Below are positions 50,318 through 62,857 of a DNA stretch of 64,000 nt, in pieces; position 1 is the first letter of the stretch; every line of letters starts with the position of its first letter. The notes beneath the pieces are model-generated. The model had not been told where the DNA came from and did no database searches. It saw only the letters and a list, made by a program, of their open reading frames with translations. The stretch spans positions 10,448,168 to 10,512,167 of the forward strand of contig JAHRHZ010000048.1 in assembly GCA_024137785.1 (NCBI GenBank). The letters run 5' to 3'. A program made the translations under genes and the position numbers. The stretch comes from Ginglymostoma cirratum (taxonomy: Eukaryota).

Positions 50318-50458
50318 AGTAGAATTAGTTTTATCGTCACATGTACTCAAATTTACAACGCACCACTTTCGGCACTATCTTAGGTATAAGTGTACCTCGG
50401 TGCACATTCTTAAGTACAAATTCTTAGGGGATAATATTAGAGAAATAAAGAAATAAGG
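50318..50458 (-). mobile_element. Non-LTR 3' UTR fragment, same family as 16600-16795
   Basis: Reverse complement contains tacctaagatagtgcc and ttgagtacatgtgacgataaa. Confidence 0.5.
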
Positions 50459-50459
50459 T

Positions 50460-50785
50460 AATTGAATTTAAGATGTTAAGGTGATCAAAGGATTCAATAG
50501 GATAGATAGAGAGGACCTTTCTTCTGATAGGGGAATCTAGAAGGGAGCATAACCTTTTCCTAGAATTAGAAGTATGTAACTTCTTCAATGAAGGGTTAAT
50601 GCAAATCTGAAACTCTTTCCAACAAAAAGCTGTTGAGAGTACTACCGTTGAAAATTAAAGCAGTGAGCTTGACAGATTCTTGTTTGTCAGGGGTATTAAG
50701 GAACATCAGCCCAAGGCAGGTAAGTGGAGCTAAGACCCAGATCAGCTATGATCTAATTGAACTAAATGGTCTGTTCCTTCATAGT
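50460..50785 (+). mobile_element. Old CR1 3' fragment
   Basis: VKVIKGFNRIDRE, I*NSFQQKAVE and ELDRFL remnants plus gatcagctatgatctaattgaa UTR. Confidence 0.7.
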
Positions 50786-51494
50786 CCAAAGCCAGGTTTA
50801 AATAAGTGCCTATGTAGTCCTCTCCAAACATAAAATTTCCACAATATTATGAGAGTACAGACCCTTCCAGCAACATTCTTGGAACATAAAATCTTTTAAA
50901 ATGTCAATGTACATGGGCAGAGTTTTTTTTTCACATTGGGTGAGATTCACAGTCCACATTGCATGTGACGCAGTACAGACTGGCAGTATTATCTCACAGT
51001 AGAAATAGATAGCTCCTGCAGATAATGCGACTTATTTTGTATATATTACGCATTTGCGGCTTGCTATTGCCAGAGGATACAGAAGATTAATTTACTGGTT
51101 GATTTTCACTTTACCACTGAGACATTTCCCTTGCACATCAAAGAGATTGATTGTGAGTTTATCCGTTCTTAGCCTTTACTCTTTTAGCAATGGGTTTCTT
51201 AACTGCCATTGTTATGTTGGTGCATGCATCAGTTGTTATCAACTATTTGTTGAGTTTGTTGCTTTGCCAAAGGATCCTTGTCTTCCGTAGATGCAGTTAC
51301 ATCTGTTTTGAAATGCTAAATACAGAAGGCTGGAGTTTTCAGTCAACAACTATTAAGGATGTACTGCCAAGAATCCAGATTCTTGCCATATCTTCCAGTT
51401 CTGACTGAAAGCCCAGTAATATTTCAATTCCTGCTTCATGGCATTCTGCTGCTATTTATGACAGAAATATGAATATATCCAGAAAAAAAAGTTA

Positions 51495-51710
51495 GTGGGA
51501 AACTGAGGAGAATCCTTTCACTCAGCAATTTGTTATGATCTGGAATACACGGCCTGAAAGGATGGCAGATATAAGTTTCAAAAGGGAATTAAGTTTCTAC
51601 TTAAAAAGGTTACAGTTAAAGAACAGAGAGCAGGTCCAATCGGTCTGATCTCTCAGACAGCCAACAGGAATGATGGACAATATGGCTTCCTTGTGTCCTG
51701 TATGATTCTA
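51495..51710 (+). mobile_element. Old CR1 3' fragment
   Basis: LRRILSLS and MIWNTRPERMA remnants; tail gatggacaatatggcttccttgtgtcctgtatgattct. Confidence 0.6.
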
Positions 51711-51867
51711 AGAAGGAGGTCTGATTGTCTAGTCCAGTTAAATACGATTGGGAAAGGAAATTCATGCTACCACTGTAAATATGTGGCATGAATTCAGAAA
51801 TTTACCATTTCTTAATAGGCATTTAACATAAAAATTACAACAAGGTAGTCACCCCACCTTATCAACG

Positions 51868-52450
51868 GCAACAATGATTTGTATTTACATTTTTAATGTA
51901 GGAAAGGATAAGGGTCTTCAAGGAGAGTTGTCAAACAAGATTTGTCACTGACCTACATAAGGAAATATCAGGACAAATAAAGCTTTGTTAAACAGTAAGA
52001 CAGTTCTAAGGAGTGCCTTAAAGGAGAAAAGTCAAGAGGAATTTCGGGGATAAATTTCCAGAGATTAACAGATGTGGTGATGATGGAGCATTTAAAATTA
52101 GTAGTGGTCAAGCAACCAGAATTGGAGAGTGTGGCTGCCTCAAATAGTTGTTGGTCTGTCGGAAACCAGAGAGATGTGCAGGGGTGAAGACGTGAAGGGA
52201 TTCAAAAACAGAAAGGAGAATTTTACAATCAAGCCATAGCTTAACTGGGAGACAATGTAATTTGGCAAGAACAAGGGCCATGCAAGATGAGTGGGACTTG
52301 TTGCAATTTCAACATGGTCAGCAGAGTTTTGGATGGTCTCACATGTATCTCAAGGGGGAGCAACTTGACACATTTGGCAGGAGAGATTGGAGTAAACAAA
52401 TTTAGAGGTGATTAAGGCATGGATGTTGGTTTCAATAGGAGAGACAGGGA
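51868..52450 (-). mobile_element. L2 LINE 3' fragment
   Basis: Tail caacaatgatttgtatttac; minus strand includes IHALITSKFVYSNLS, matching the L2 motif IHAFVTSRLDYSNALL; collinear with 17245-17475. Confidence 0.75.
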
Positions 52451-54019
52451 CTGCCAAGTGGCCTATCACTCTTTATGTCCATTCTGTAATCATTAATGGT
52501 GGAGAGGAATCCAGAAACTGCTCTTCTACAGTATTGCATGTCATGGGAAGTAGGTGGGCAAACTGACAACCCAGTGAACATAAATCCAGTTCAGGATTTG
52601 CAGCGACTACTGGAGGAGCTCCATAGGATTTTGAGACATGGCAGCTTGTCCAGCGCTGTGGCATTCAGTGATGACTCTTAAAACATGTTGTAGCTGAACT
52701 GGTACTTTGAGACAATTAAAGTTCACATCACAAACACCACTAATCACAGAAATACAGTAGCTGGTACAGCAAAGGTGGCCAAAGAGGTGTGAAATTTTGA
52801 CGTGCGGGTCTAGACAAGAGTAAATTATTCAGCGACTATGTTTTAACATTCTACAAAAATAAGCCCTGTTTCTATTATGATGTCAACAAAATTGCAGGAT
52901 GTCAACAGTGATTAAATGCACTTAAGCTAATGCTTTTAACCCTTCTTTCCTCACCAAAGTGACTTTTGTCACCAAAATAGCATTCACTTCAATGAATTCT
53001 TTTCCAGCAAGGGGAAGGGTTAATAGGATATTTTAAAAAATTGAGAGAAACAATAAGACCAAGTTAATGGCAAATATATCACGCTGCAATCAATTTAAAA
53101 AAAAACTTTAAAATGTAATGTTGAGCTTGAAATTGGGCACAATTGAGGAATATTTCACTTCAGAGTAACAGAGGGGCAGTCACCTTTCTTGTAGTTTCAG
53201 TTCATTGTTTCTTAATCTTCCCATCAGAAGATTGATCAAGAAATTAAGAGAACAATAAATTGCTATTAATGGTTAAAAGCTTATGAATTTGTAAGGCGAT
53301 AACTTTCATTTTTCTGCATATATGTATTTAAATGGGCATAGAGATTTGAGCAACAGGGGCTGATTTACCTCTCAGCATAAAGAATCAATTTATGAGCAGG
53401 CTGATGGACCTCAGCAGATTAATACTAATTAGAGCAACCAGTGATCTGTATCTACTTTGGAACACTCTTAGTGACCAGGATCACAGCAATTGAAAATCTT
53501 CAACAGCCATCACTTGCAATATTGCTAATATAAGGCCTATATGTTTAAGGTAAGTGAGAAAGATCAAAGCGAGCATCGACTTCAACTTAAATAATTTATG
53601 AAACTGTAACTTGATTTTTTTCCTCTCTTTTACATTTGTTTAGTGATCTTTAGGGATACTGATAGATTTAGTTCATTGGTGGATATTATTTTGTTTTGAT
53701 GATGAGTTTTGCAACTCCTTGCTGTCTGTAATAATCAATGCCTTCACTTTGATGTTTAAATGATTGCCAATAGTATGAGTGTATTTGCAGCAGTACCTTT
53801 GAAAGACAAAACCAAATGATGGATGGTACAGATTGAGAAACAGTACATGTGAGTGGTGCCATGTTTTTCCTTTATCTGTATGGCAACAACTTATATCCAG
53901 TCACCAATCTGGCTTCAAATTGACCAAACTGTAATGTTCTTCATCTGGAGGTAAAGAATGTGAGACTCAACATTTCCAGAGCAAGTAATTTCTTTCTAGC
54001 ATTCTGCACATATAGAAAT

Positions 54020-54088
54020 GCCTTTGACTTTAGTTCTTCCATTGATCTCAAAGACATCCCAAAATGTTTTTCAACCGAGTACTTTTGC
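54020..54088 (-). mobile_element. DeuSINE/L2-type tail fragment
   Basis: Reverse complement aaaagtactc..aaacattttgggatgtctttgagatcaatggaag resembles 36130-36185. Confidence 0.4.
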
Positions 54089-54107
54089 TGATTGGCCATT
54101 GCTGCAG

Positions 54108-54326
54108 ATATTTTTAATCAACCAGTTTGGACATGTGATGACACATGTTTGAGGCAGGTGGAACTTAAAACTAGACCTTCTTATCCAGAGGTAAGGACAC
54201 TACTTTTGCATGTTATTCATATTTTTAACCAATCTCTTCAGACAGGTTATGAAAAACCTCTAGGCAGGGAGGACTTCAACCCATTTCTTCTGGTATAAGG
54301 CTAGGGAACTATCACTGCACCACTAG
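54108..54326 (-). mobile_element. Head-to-tail dimer of the short tRNA-derived repeat
   Basis: Two units (about 54108-54210 and 54220-54326), each homologous to 49652-49754; the upstream unit keeps TGGTGCAGTGA and GGTTGAAGTCC. Confidence 0.6.
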
Positions 54327-56569
54327 AGCTCCTGGCTACTCTTGTACTCTGGTTAAATAAAGTAGCCAATGTGCTTACGGTCATGTTTCATGTATAGCAA
54401 TGAGATTTGAGGGAATGTATTGAGATTCTGTAATTGGGTTAATTAAGATTTATGATGTCAGTCTGAATGCCCTAATCCCCACATCCCACCTTCTGCACTG
54501 ACTTGGCTTACTAATATAAATGGTTTTTCTCACTGCCAATAATTAGTTTGTGCCTTAAATAAAAGGTTATGGATGCAGCGACTCATTGCTGGAGCGTGGT
54601 CAAATATAGACAAGTTATTGTTTTCACTATCAACTTTAACCATTCCTTAGTGGTCAACTACTGAACCATTTAAAACAGGAAGTTCCTGGTTTCATAGTGA
54701 CTAGGGTATGTAGAATGGTTGCTTCCACAAGCTACTGGGGTCTTTTGGAGTATGTGCAGCCTTCAGCTACAGGGGAGGAAGGGATTGTAAAGGCAAATTA
54801 AACAAGACAATAAGTATGATATCATTGGCATTCAAAAATGCAAAAAAAATAGCTCACAAAACTCCTAGAAGAAATGGAACTAGAAGTGGGACTAGTTTAC
54901 TGGTGCAAAATGGCCCATTCCATTCCAGAGCACATAGCCTAGAATATTGTGTCGTGACAGCAAAAACTCCCCATTTGAATCAAGACTGCAGTAACCAGAA
55001 AGCGATCTCTATTACTTGAGCTAGTTATCTATGTCAGTGTAAGAAATAAAATTCAGTGACAGCAACACAGCAACATGTTTGTTCAGTTCCAAATGAACAT
55101 TTCGTATGCTGGCAGCAAGGCCCCCACTTCTACGAGTCTCACTTACTGAGAAAACCTGTTTACTGATAATGCTGCTGTCTGCAATCCTGCTCCCTGAATA
55201 CAGAAGTTCAGAGACAGAGTTAACCATCTTCTGTTGAAGCTGGGCTGTTGGAGCATGCATTAGGCCATGGGAAGTCTCTGGACGTGCCCTTGTCACCCAG
55301 CATAAATTCTCAAGGCCTTTTTCGCACTCTCAGCAACTACCCAAGTCAATTCCGTGAGAAATCTGTCCTCATTAGCGCTGCCCCAGCTGCACCCTGTTGT
55401 CATGCCACCTAATATACAAAAACAAAAACTAACGGTGGTGGCAGCTTTGCGGAAGAGATATAGTGGCCCTGGGGATTGCAGCAGCATGGAAATTGTAATG
55501 CTGACCTTCTGAAGAACAACATGACATTTCAGCATATAAATAAAGAAGCAATCCAGGCAAGCAATAAAGAGAAGCAGGGACAGCTTTAGTTATTTAAAGT
55601 GGAGAGGAACAGGAGAAGTAAAGTTGTGAGAAATTTGTACCAATAAAGGATGGCATGTGCAGATGTGCTGCTGTTCATGATAGTGTCACATTGTAATGGG
55701 ATATGTTTTGTATTGGACTTCACTTTGAACCCTTTGGTTTTACCATAATTACAATATAATTAATCATTACTGATGTCATTAGTCCATAGTGTGATCCATA
55801 TTGTGTAAGGAATATTAGTATTGAATGGGTTAATATGTTATTGTGAAATTTCTTTCATCTATTATTATAATAAATCCAGGAATTCATTTATTTGAAATGC
55901 CTTCATTAAAATAGCAGATGGAGGAAATTGCTTAGAAATATGTGATGCATTTGTTAATACAACATCTGTATTTGTGAAAAACAATTTTCATTCCACTTCT
56001 CAAAGAGAATATATTATTCACAAGAGCCCATCATCCATCAAATAAAACAGAACTCAAAATTCAGCAGAATGGGACCTTGGCAATGGCATTGTCCCACTGG
56101 TGTTCTCTTGCCCCAACCCTGCCACAGTTTGCTGGATCGTTGACAGAACATTTAATTTTCATCCAGCAGGCATGTGTAACAGGGCCAAATCTCTAGCATT
56201 CATGCAGTTACAAGTTTTGTTGCTTGCATGCAGTGACATAACCCCAGCCACACCTTCCTTGACTGCTTGCATAAGGAAAGCAACCTAATCAGCTAATCCA
56301 TTCAGGGACTGGGTCACCTCCCTAGATTGGACTTCAACCATGTGACCCAATCTTGATATACACTTGCATTCATTTGGTGTGTTGGCCTTTGATAGAGTCG
56401 GTTTTAACTGAGCCACAGGAGCAAGAATTCAGCATAGAGAATTCTTCCAACACCCAACCATCGCATATGTTATATACTTTGTATAGATAGAGAGAAGATC
56501 AGTCCATACAAGTAACATGCCACAGCATAACTAGACCTTTGTCTTGAGAATAGACCAATATTCCATCCA

Positions 56570-57697
56570 GTAGAATTGCATAGAAATTGCAATAAAAAAA
56601 AACAAGCTTTTCACCCCCACAAACTTTGTGTTTATCCTCCTATGTCACTAATCCAATTTCCCTTTCCTTCAACTATTTAAAATATTCAAATGGAAACTCT
56701 GCTTCAGTTATCAAGTCTGGTAAGAATAATGTACAGTTTCAATAATATCTGCTTAAAAAAAAGTTCCTGTCCTCTTTCCTGAAGTCTTTTGCATTTAATC
56801 TTATATCCATGTTACTCATTTTAGAGCTGAAACCTCCTGAGAAATGCCATTACTTCTCTATCCTGTCACATCTCTTCATAATTTTAAACACTTGTATCAA
56901 ATTGCCCAGTGTTCTTTTTTTTTATCTGTGATAAAGCACTGATGTTTCATATTTGTATTTGTTTATACTAGACAGCAAACTAATAAATTTGCCTTGCATC
57001 GTCTCTATTTCCCCAATACTCTGCCCGCAGTGTGAAACCCGGAGCTATGCATAACATCGACAGTGGCCTTATTAAAACTTCATGAAGAATCACCATTATA
57101 TCTCAACTTCATATCCCAAAGCCATTGCCATAAAATCTGATCTTTCTTATAGCCTCAGGCATTTGAGATACTATGTTTAATGTCTTATGATCTCAATCTC
57201 CCAATTCTCTGTTCTTCCAGAATACTCACACTTTTCACAGTTTCTGTTTACTGCTTTCATTTTCTTAAATGTACTGTTCCAAACTTACAGATATGGATTT
57301 CAATTGCAACATTTTTTGTCAATTTCACCATCTTACCCATATCTGTTTCAACTTCTTCTTGTATTCGGAATTATTCACTGTACCTCAGATTTTGGAGTTC
57401 TCTGCAATATGTGACCCTCTATAATTCAATCATTGGTGTATATAATTACCAGAAGGAGTCTCATAGCAGGTCCCATGGAATACAGATTCCTATTTCCAAC
57501 TACTCTGAGAAACTGTCCTTACCTGTTCTTCCAGTTTCGGTCTTTCCTGAATTTTGTGGTGTTTAATCTTTTCTAGCAGTCCTTTGGAAGTTACCTTATC
57601 AAAGGCTGTCTGAAAGTCCATGGTGCATCGCGACCAATTCAATTTGTTCAAAATATTTATCACCTCCTCAAAGAAATCTTGGAGATTTGTCAAGCAA
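56570..57697 (-). mobile_element. Old CR1 LINE RT-to-3' fragment with deletions
   Basis: CLTNLQDFFEEVIN..MDFQTAFDKV..LLEKIKHH near 57500-57697; LIQVFKIMKRCDR near 56880. Confidence 0.75.
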
Positions 57698-58439
57698 ATT
57701 ACAATGGTCGAAGACTTGCGGAATTTCAGCCCCTTGCTTACAATGTATTCATGGCCTGTATTCTACTTCTAGGGTGTATGCACATGACATTTAGATTAAG
57801 AATTAACAAAACCATTCATATTAGAACTATGGCTCCATTGTGCAACTTGAAGTAGTATATGGTAATATCCTGGAATAGTTAGGCAATTTATCCCACTCAT
57901 TTTGGGATTCTGTACATTCAATAGTTGATAAAACTTGATATTGGAGGGAATCTTTATTTCAATTTATCTTATTATGGTACAATTATGGAATTTTTATAGG
58001 GGTAGGGACGCCTGTCAGTTATTTCTATGGATGCGGCAAGGCAGCCATTGTGATGAGGGAAATACTGCTGTTATTCAGAATGAGTACATTAACTTTTAAA
58101 GAGCTAGATGCAAACACAAATGAAGACTCACAAAACAATACAAACGTTCTCAATAAAATGTTATTAATATGAGACATAGTAAACATGGAAAATTATGAAG
58201 TAAAACATATTAATCCAATTTTGCATTCTTACATCTGTACATTTTTCATTTAACTCATCGTGGTTATGCAGCATCTGAACTAACACTGATTATCTTTTAT
58301 TAAGTTTGCAATTAGTGTTTAATATTCATATAGTCTAAAAATAAATATATTCAAGGTGAAAAAAAGAACACAGATACATACTTATTTAGTAAATTTCTTC
58401 AAGGCCTGATACAAAAAAAATGGTGGATGTAGTAGTTCT

Positions 58440-59385
58440 GACCTAACTACAACACTGGCATCTCCCAGACAATATGGAAGTTTTCCTAAATAGGTGCTGT
58501 CCACAAAAAAAGTAGGATTAGCACAGAGGAAAATAATTGTGGTTGTTGGACAACAATTGTATCAATCCCTGGACTTCACTGCAGGCATTCCTTAACTCAT
58601 GTCATATAGAGCTAAACATCTTCAGCTATTTCGTAAATATCCTTTCCTCCAAAATAATGTCATAACTGGGAATGATAACTGATAATTACAATATTCACTC
58701 CCATTCACAAATCTCCATCACTGAAATAGTCCATGCGAGGGACAACATTTAGGCCTAAGGTGATAAGTGACAAATAACCTTGGCACAAGGCAATGTCCGT
58801 CTCCAAAAAGAGAGAGCCTAACCATCTACCCTTGATATCCAGTGGAGTAACCATCGCTTAAAAGTCCATTTTCATTATCATGGCAGTTGCTGTTGACTTA
58901 AAATTTGACTAGGCATATAAATATTGGGATTAATGAGGTTAGAAACTTTGCAGCATGTTATTCATCTCTAGTTTCCAAAAAACTTTTTTATCACCTGTAA
59001 GGCACAAGCCTCCACTACTTTAAGCATTCACTCTACGACAGATGTACATGGCAGCAACATAACATTGTCTGCAAGATGAATGACAATAACTTGCCAAGCT
59101 TCCTCTGACAGCACATTCCAAAGTCATGATCTTCACTATTAAAAGGGCAAGGGAAGTAGAAGTATGGGACACTACCAGCTGCAAATTCCCCTTCCCAAAT
59201 CACACATCACCATTCCTTTGCTGTCTCTGGGTCAAAGACCTGGAACTCCCTCCAACACCACAGTTGGAGTGTTTACACAGCATGGATTGTTCAAGCAGTT
59301 CAAGAAGGCAGATCACCACCACCTTTTCAAATGCTTTAATGGATGGGGAATTAATGCTACCTTGGCCAATGATGGTTACATTCCA
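58440..59385 (+). mobile_element. CR1/L2-group LINE RT remnant with internal deletions and 3' end
   Basis: YNTGISQTIWK..AVHKK, LAQRKIIVVVG..DFTAGIP, IFSYFVNILSS..GMITDN (decayed FADD), then WNSLQ and VGVFTQHG..QFKKADHHHL. Confidence 0.72.
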
Positions 59386-61539
59386 ATAGCTGCCAAATCT
59401 GAATTGTTGAGATCACATTGATTTGCAACTTGAAGACTTCACACATGAAAAGAAATAGCTGCTGAAAATTTGCCGCTGTTGCTTATAGCAACCCCTTCCA
59501 GGGGATCTTCTGTCAAGATATGCCACACTCACATGTCTTGTGCCATCCACAGACATCCACTGCAGCTTGTCCGCAATCACACTGTGGCATCTGTCATTCA
59601 AGGATCCTTAAGATGACCCCTTTATCTGCTGCCTTTCTCTGTATCCCATAGAAGACAGTTGTTTTATAACTCTAGTCAAATGACCAAAACATTGACATTT
59701 TCAGAAATTGGTATTCACACTTTTAATAACTTCACACAACATTCTTCTCTAATATTTTGAACTGAAGTGGTAACTTTAAATTAATGGGTTGGCTTCAGTT
59801 GTTAAAATAGTAAGAAATGCTATGTGAACACGCTCAGCGTTCGTCCATATTGTCAATAATAATTTCTCCAACTCTTATCAGAATAAAATATCGCCAAAAT
59901 ATACCATCACAGTGAACCTTGGTATCAGTTGTTTTGCTCTCCTATAATTCAGTGATAAATTTTGAGGAGAATGAAGGACAAACTTAAAGTAAGCATTTCA
60001 TCTCATGCAAGACTAGAAGATGCATTGCCACTGAAAGGTTTTACATTTTAGAAACACTCTAAAAACAGGTTTATTCATTAATCCATTCAAAACTTAAGAT
60101 CAAATGTAAGAACAGGAGTCACTGGATTCTAATCAGTCTTGTGGTAATAACCTATATTAAAAAAATTATTAATTATAGGCGCCTATATTGTCCACTTAGT
60201 AATCAGGCAATTAAAAACAATGCTATTCCCTACTGTTGTCTCATACCAGAAGTGATCAAAGAGCTGGAGAAGGAGAGAGGAATGTCTCTCATCATGGGAT
60301 GGGTCTTTTGCCTTGGGCTACACTGCCTCATTAAAGACAGAAAGATGCTGTTGATCGCCAATTAACCTGATTTGTTGGAACTCTGATAGAGACCTCAGAT
60401 GAAGCCAATTTTCTTTCCTAAATGAATGACAACAGTTATTGACAAAAATGCAGCGCTCACTTAAAAGGAAGATAAAGGAACCAGTGAATTATATGTATGT
60501 TTAGGAGAATTCAGAATGAAAGTATAAACAGCCTTTGATAAAGGAATATGTGCACTGCAGGGTTTAATTAGCGTGGATGGCTGCTCTGCAGTCCTGAAGC
60601 ATCAAGGAAGGATAATATGATTTGTGAAGGCAATGAAAATGAATGTTTTTATTTATATTTCATAACTGTTATTATTTAAGTTTCAACGCAGGTTTTCAAG
60701 GGTATTTTATGGAGTTACCTATTGATCGTCTTCTTGTAAAATTTTACAAGTCAATAACTTTTCCTTTCAGCCACTTTGTAGTGGGAAAATGATTATTGAA
60801 AAGAAAATGCTAAAGATTTACATTGTAATTATGGCCATACCATAGTTATTATAACATCCTAAAACATATCAAGATGAAAGGATGTTTAGTCGTGATTGTA
60901 TTTTTACAGCGTTCTCTTTTCTGTTTGCTCCTTTGTGTATCATAACGAGAAAACCAAGTAGTCCAAAGATTAAATAGTTATAATGGAAATTATATCAATA
61001 TAGCAGCTGAACTGGACTGTCAAAGCCATATACTACAGTTTTCATTTGCAGTGAGTTCATGTTCTTTATTTACAGTAAAATTCATAAAATTAGATTGATG
61101 AGCCACATGTATTACTAAATTAATATCTTCTGATGAATTGGTCATACATGGTGTAGTGTGGATTATAGAATCTAAACAAGGAAGTGAATGGTCGCACTGT
61201 GTATTTGTGAGCAAACATGAAGAAAATAATCAGCACTATAATTGTTAATATTTTTCCAATGATGTGATTCAGGAAGATAATACATAGACAATGAATGAGC
61301 AGTGTGAAGTTAGCATGTAATGTTATGAAACAAACCTGGAAAGTGTTTATGCTTGAAAAATACTTCCAAACAACAGAATCTTGAATTGGAGGAAAATGTA
61401 AACATCCCACAGCAAGTATTTACAGCATCAAGGTTAGAAGAGCTGAAACATGCATTTTTTAGTAAAAGTTCATCTTTAAAAGCATTAGCGTTTGGCCACA
61501 GCTTCAAAATAAATTGTCCAACAAAAATATTCTGTGGCG

Positions 61540-62390
61540 ATGATCTGTGTGTGGAGAAGACTGGAGGTGGTAGGAGCTGGAAGGAGTGGATGGATAGATG
61601 AATGACTGTGAGATAAGTTGTTGGTTTCCATGACTGTTCTTCAGCAGTCAGAATGGAAAAATCTTTCCAGCAGAAGGATGAAATCAGCCAGACTGAACCA
61701 GGAAGCAATCATGGAAACAGGTGGAGCAATAAGAATCAAGCTTCAAGAATGGTGTTATAAAAGATACTGTCAGCAAAACCATCCTGGAAAAGTCAACACG
61801 ATTAACCTGATGAAATGATAAACAAAAACACTGGGGACAATAGTTTTATGGCAATGCCTTAATTAATCAGAGTTGGCTTTCCAATCAGCATCCTTTTCTC
61901 ATACAGTACAAATTATTGTTACCTTTGAAATTTGGCATTCTTGAGCCTGTCCTGATGAGTGCAGTGTGAAAAATTTCAACAGTATGTCTTTTTCTTTAGC
62001 ACAAGAGAAGAAAGTAAGGAGAACGGCTAAGAGGATGAGGGGAAGTGAAAGATTCACAGCAATTGGCCAAGTAAAGTGAGAGTAAGTGAATGATAAAGAA
62101 ATAGGAGAGATCAGTGAATCAATAAAGACTAACAAGGTTTAATCAATGGAAATTACTCCAGGAGACTGATTTCAAGTGTTGAAAATGAGCTAAATCACCA
62201 TGGTCACGCAAATGAATGATCTGAAACTGTCTGCAGTAGCAGTGATATGTTTCAGTAACAGTAACAATGATATGTTTCAGTAATGAGGTGCTAGATGGCA
62301 TCAAATTCAGCATGAGATAGAATTTAGAGGAATCAGCAAGACTGCCCGCTGAAGCAATGTGGGAGTCAACAGTATTAGCCCAGATTAGTA
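61540..62390 (-). mobile_element. Possible very old L2 RT remnant
   Basis: Purine-rich plus strand; minus strand has TIL and ASWFS near 61690-61760, resembling DHTILL..LAWFHSY. Confidence 0.25.
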
Positions 62391-62411
62391 ATATTTTTAA
62401 AACTCTTTTTA

Positions 62412-62755
62412 ATTCATTCATGGGATGAGGGCATCACTGGCTAGGCTTGCATTTATTGCCCATCACTAATTGGGAGTTAAGAGTCAACCACATTACTGTG
62501 GATCTGGAGTCACATGTAGACCAGACCAGGTAAGGATGGCAGCTTTGCTCCCTAAAGGACATTAGTGAACCAGCTGGGTTTTTCCGACAATCATCAATGA
62601 TAATCAACATGGTCATCATTAGACTCTTAATTCCAGATTTTTATTGCATTCAAATTCCACTATCTGCTGTGGCTGGATTTGAACGCAAGTCCCCAAAACG
62701 TTACCTAGGTCTCTGGCTTAACAATCAGTGACAATACAATTAGGCATTGCCTCCC
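62412..62755 (-). mobile_element. tRNA-derived SINE, full length
   Basis: Minus strand starts GGGAGGCAATGCCTAATTG (A-box-like), has B-box GTTCAAATCC (62675-62684), and ends gatgggcaataaatgc..gatgccctcatcccatgaatgaat. Confidence 0.88.
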
Positions 62756-62857
62756 TGCAACTGATTGAAATAAGTATGCAATTGATTGAAATGGCATAGA
62801 ATGGCCAAATGGAACGGACAAGCGCAAGTTAGTCATCTTGCTGATTTCTCCCATGTT

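Noticed and set aside
62244-62285. Short direct repeats (tgatatgtttcagtaa twice; a similar pair at about 62758-62792)
   Set aside because: Two-copy local slippage duplications, not an array.
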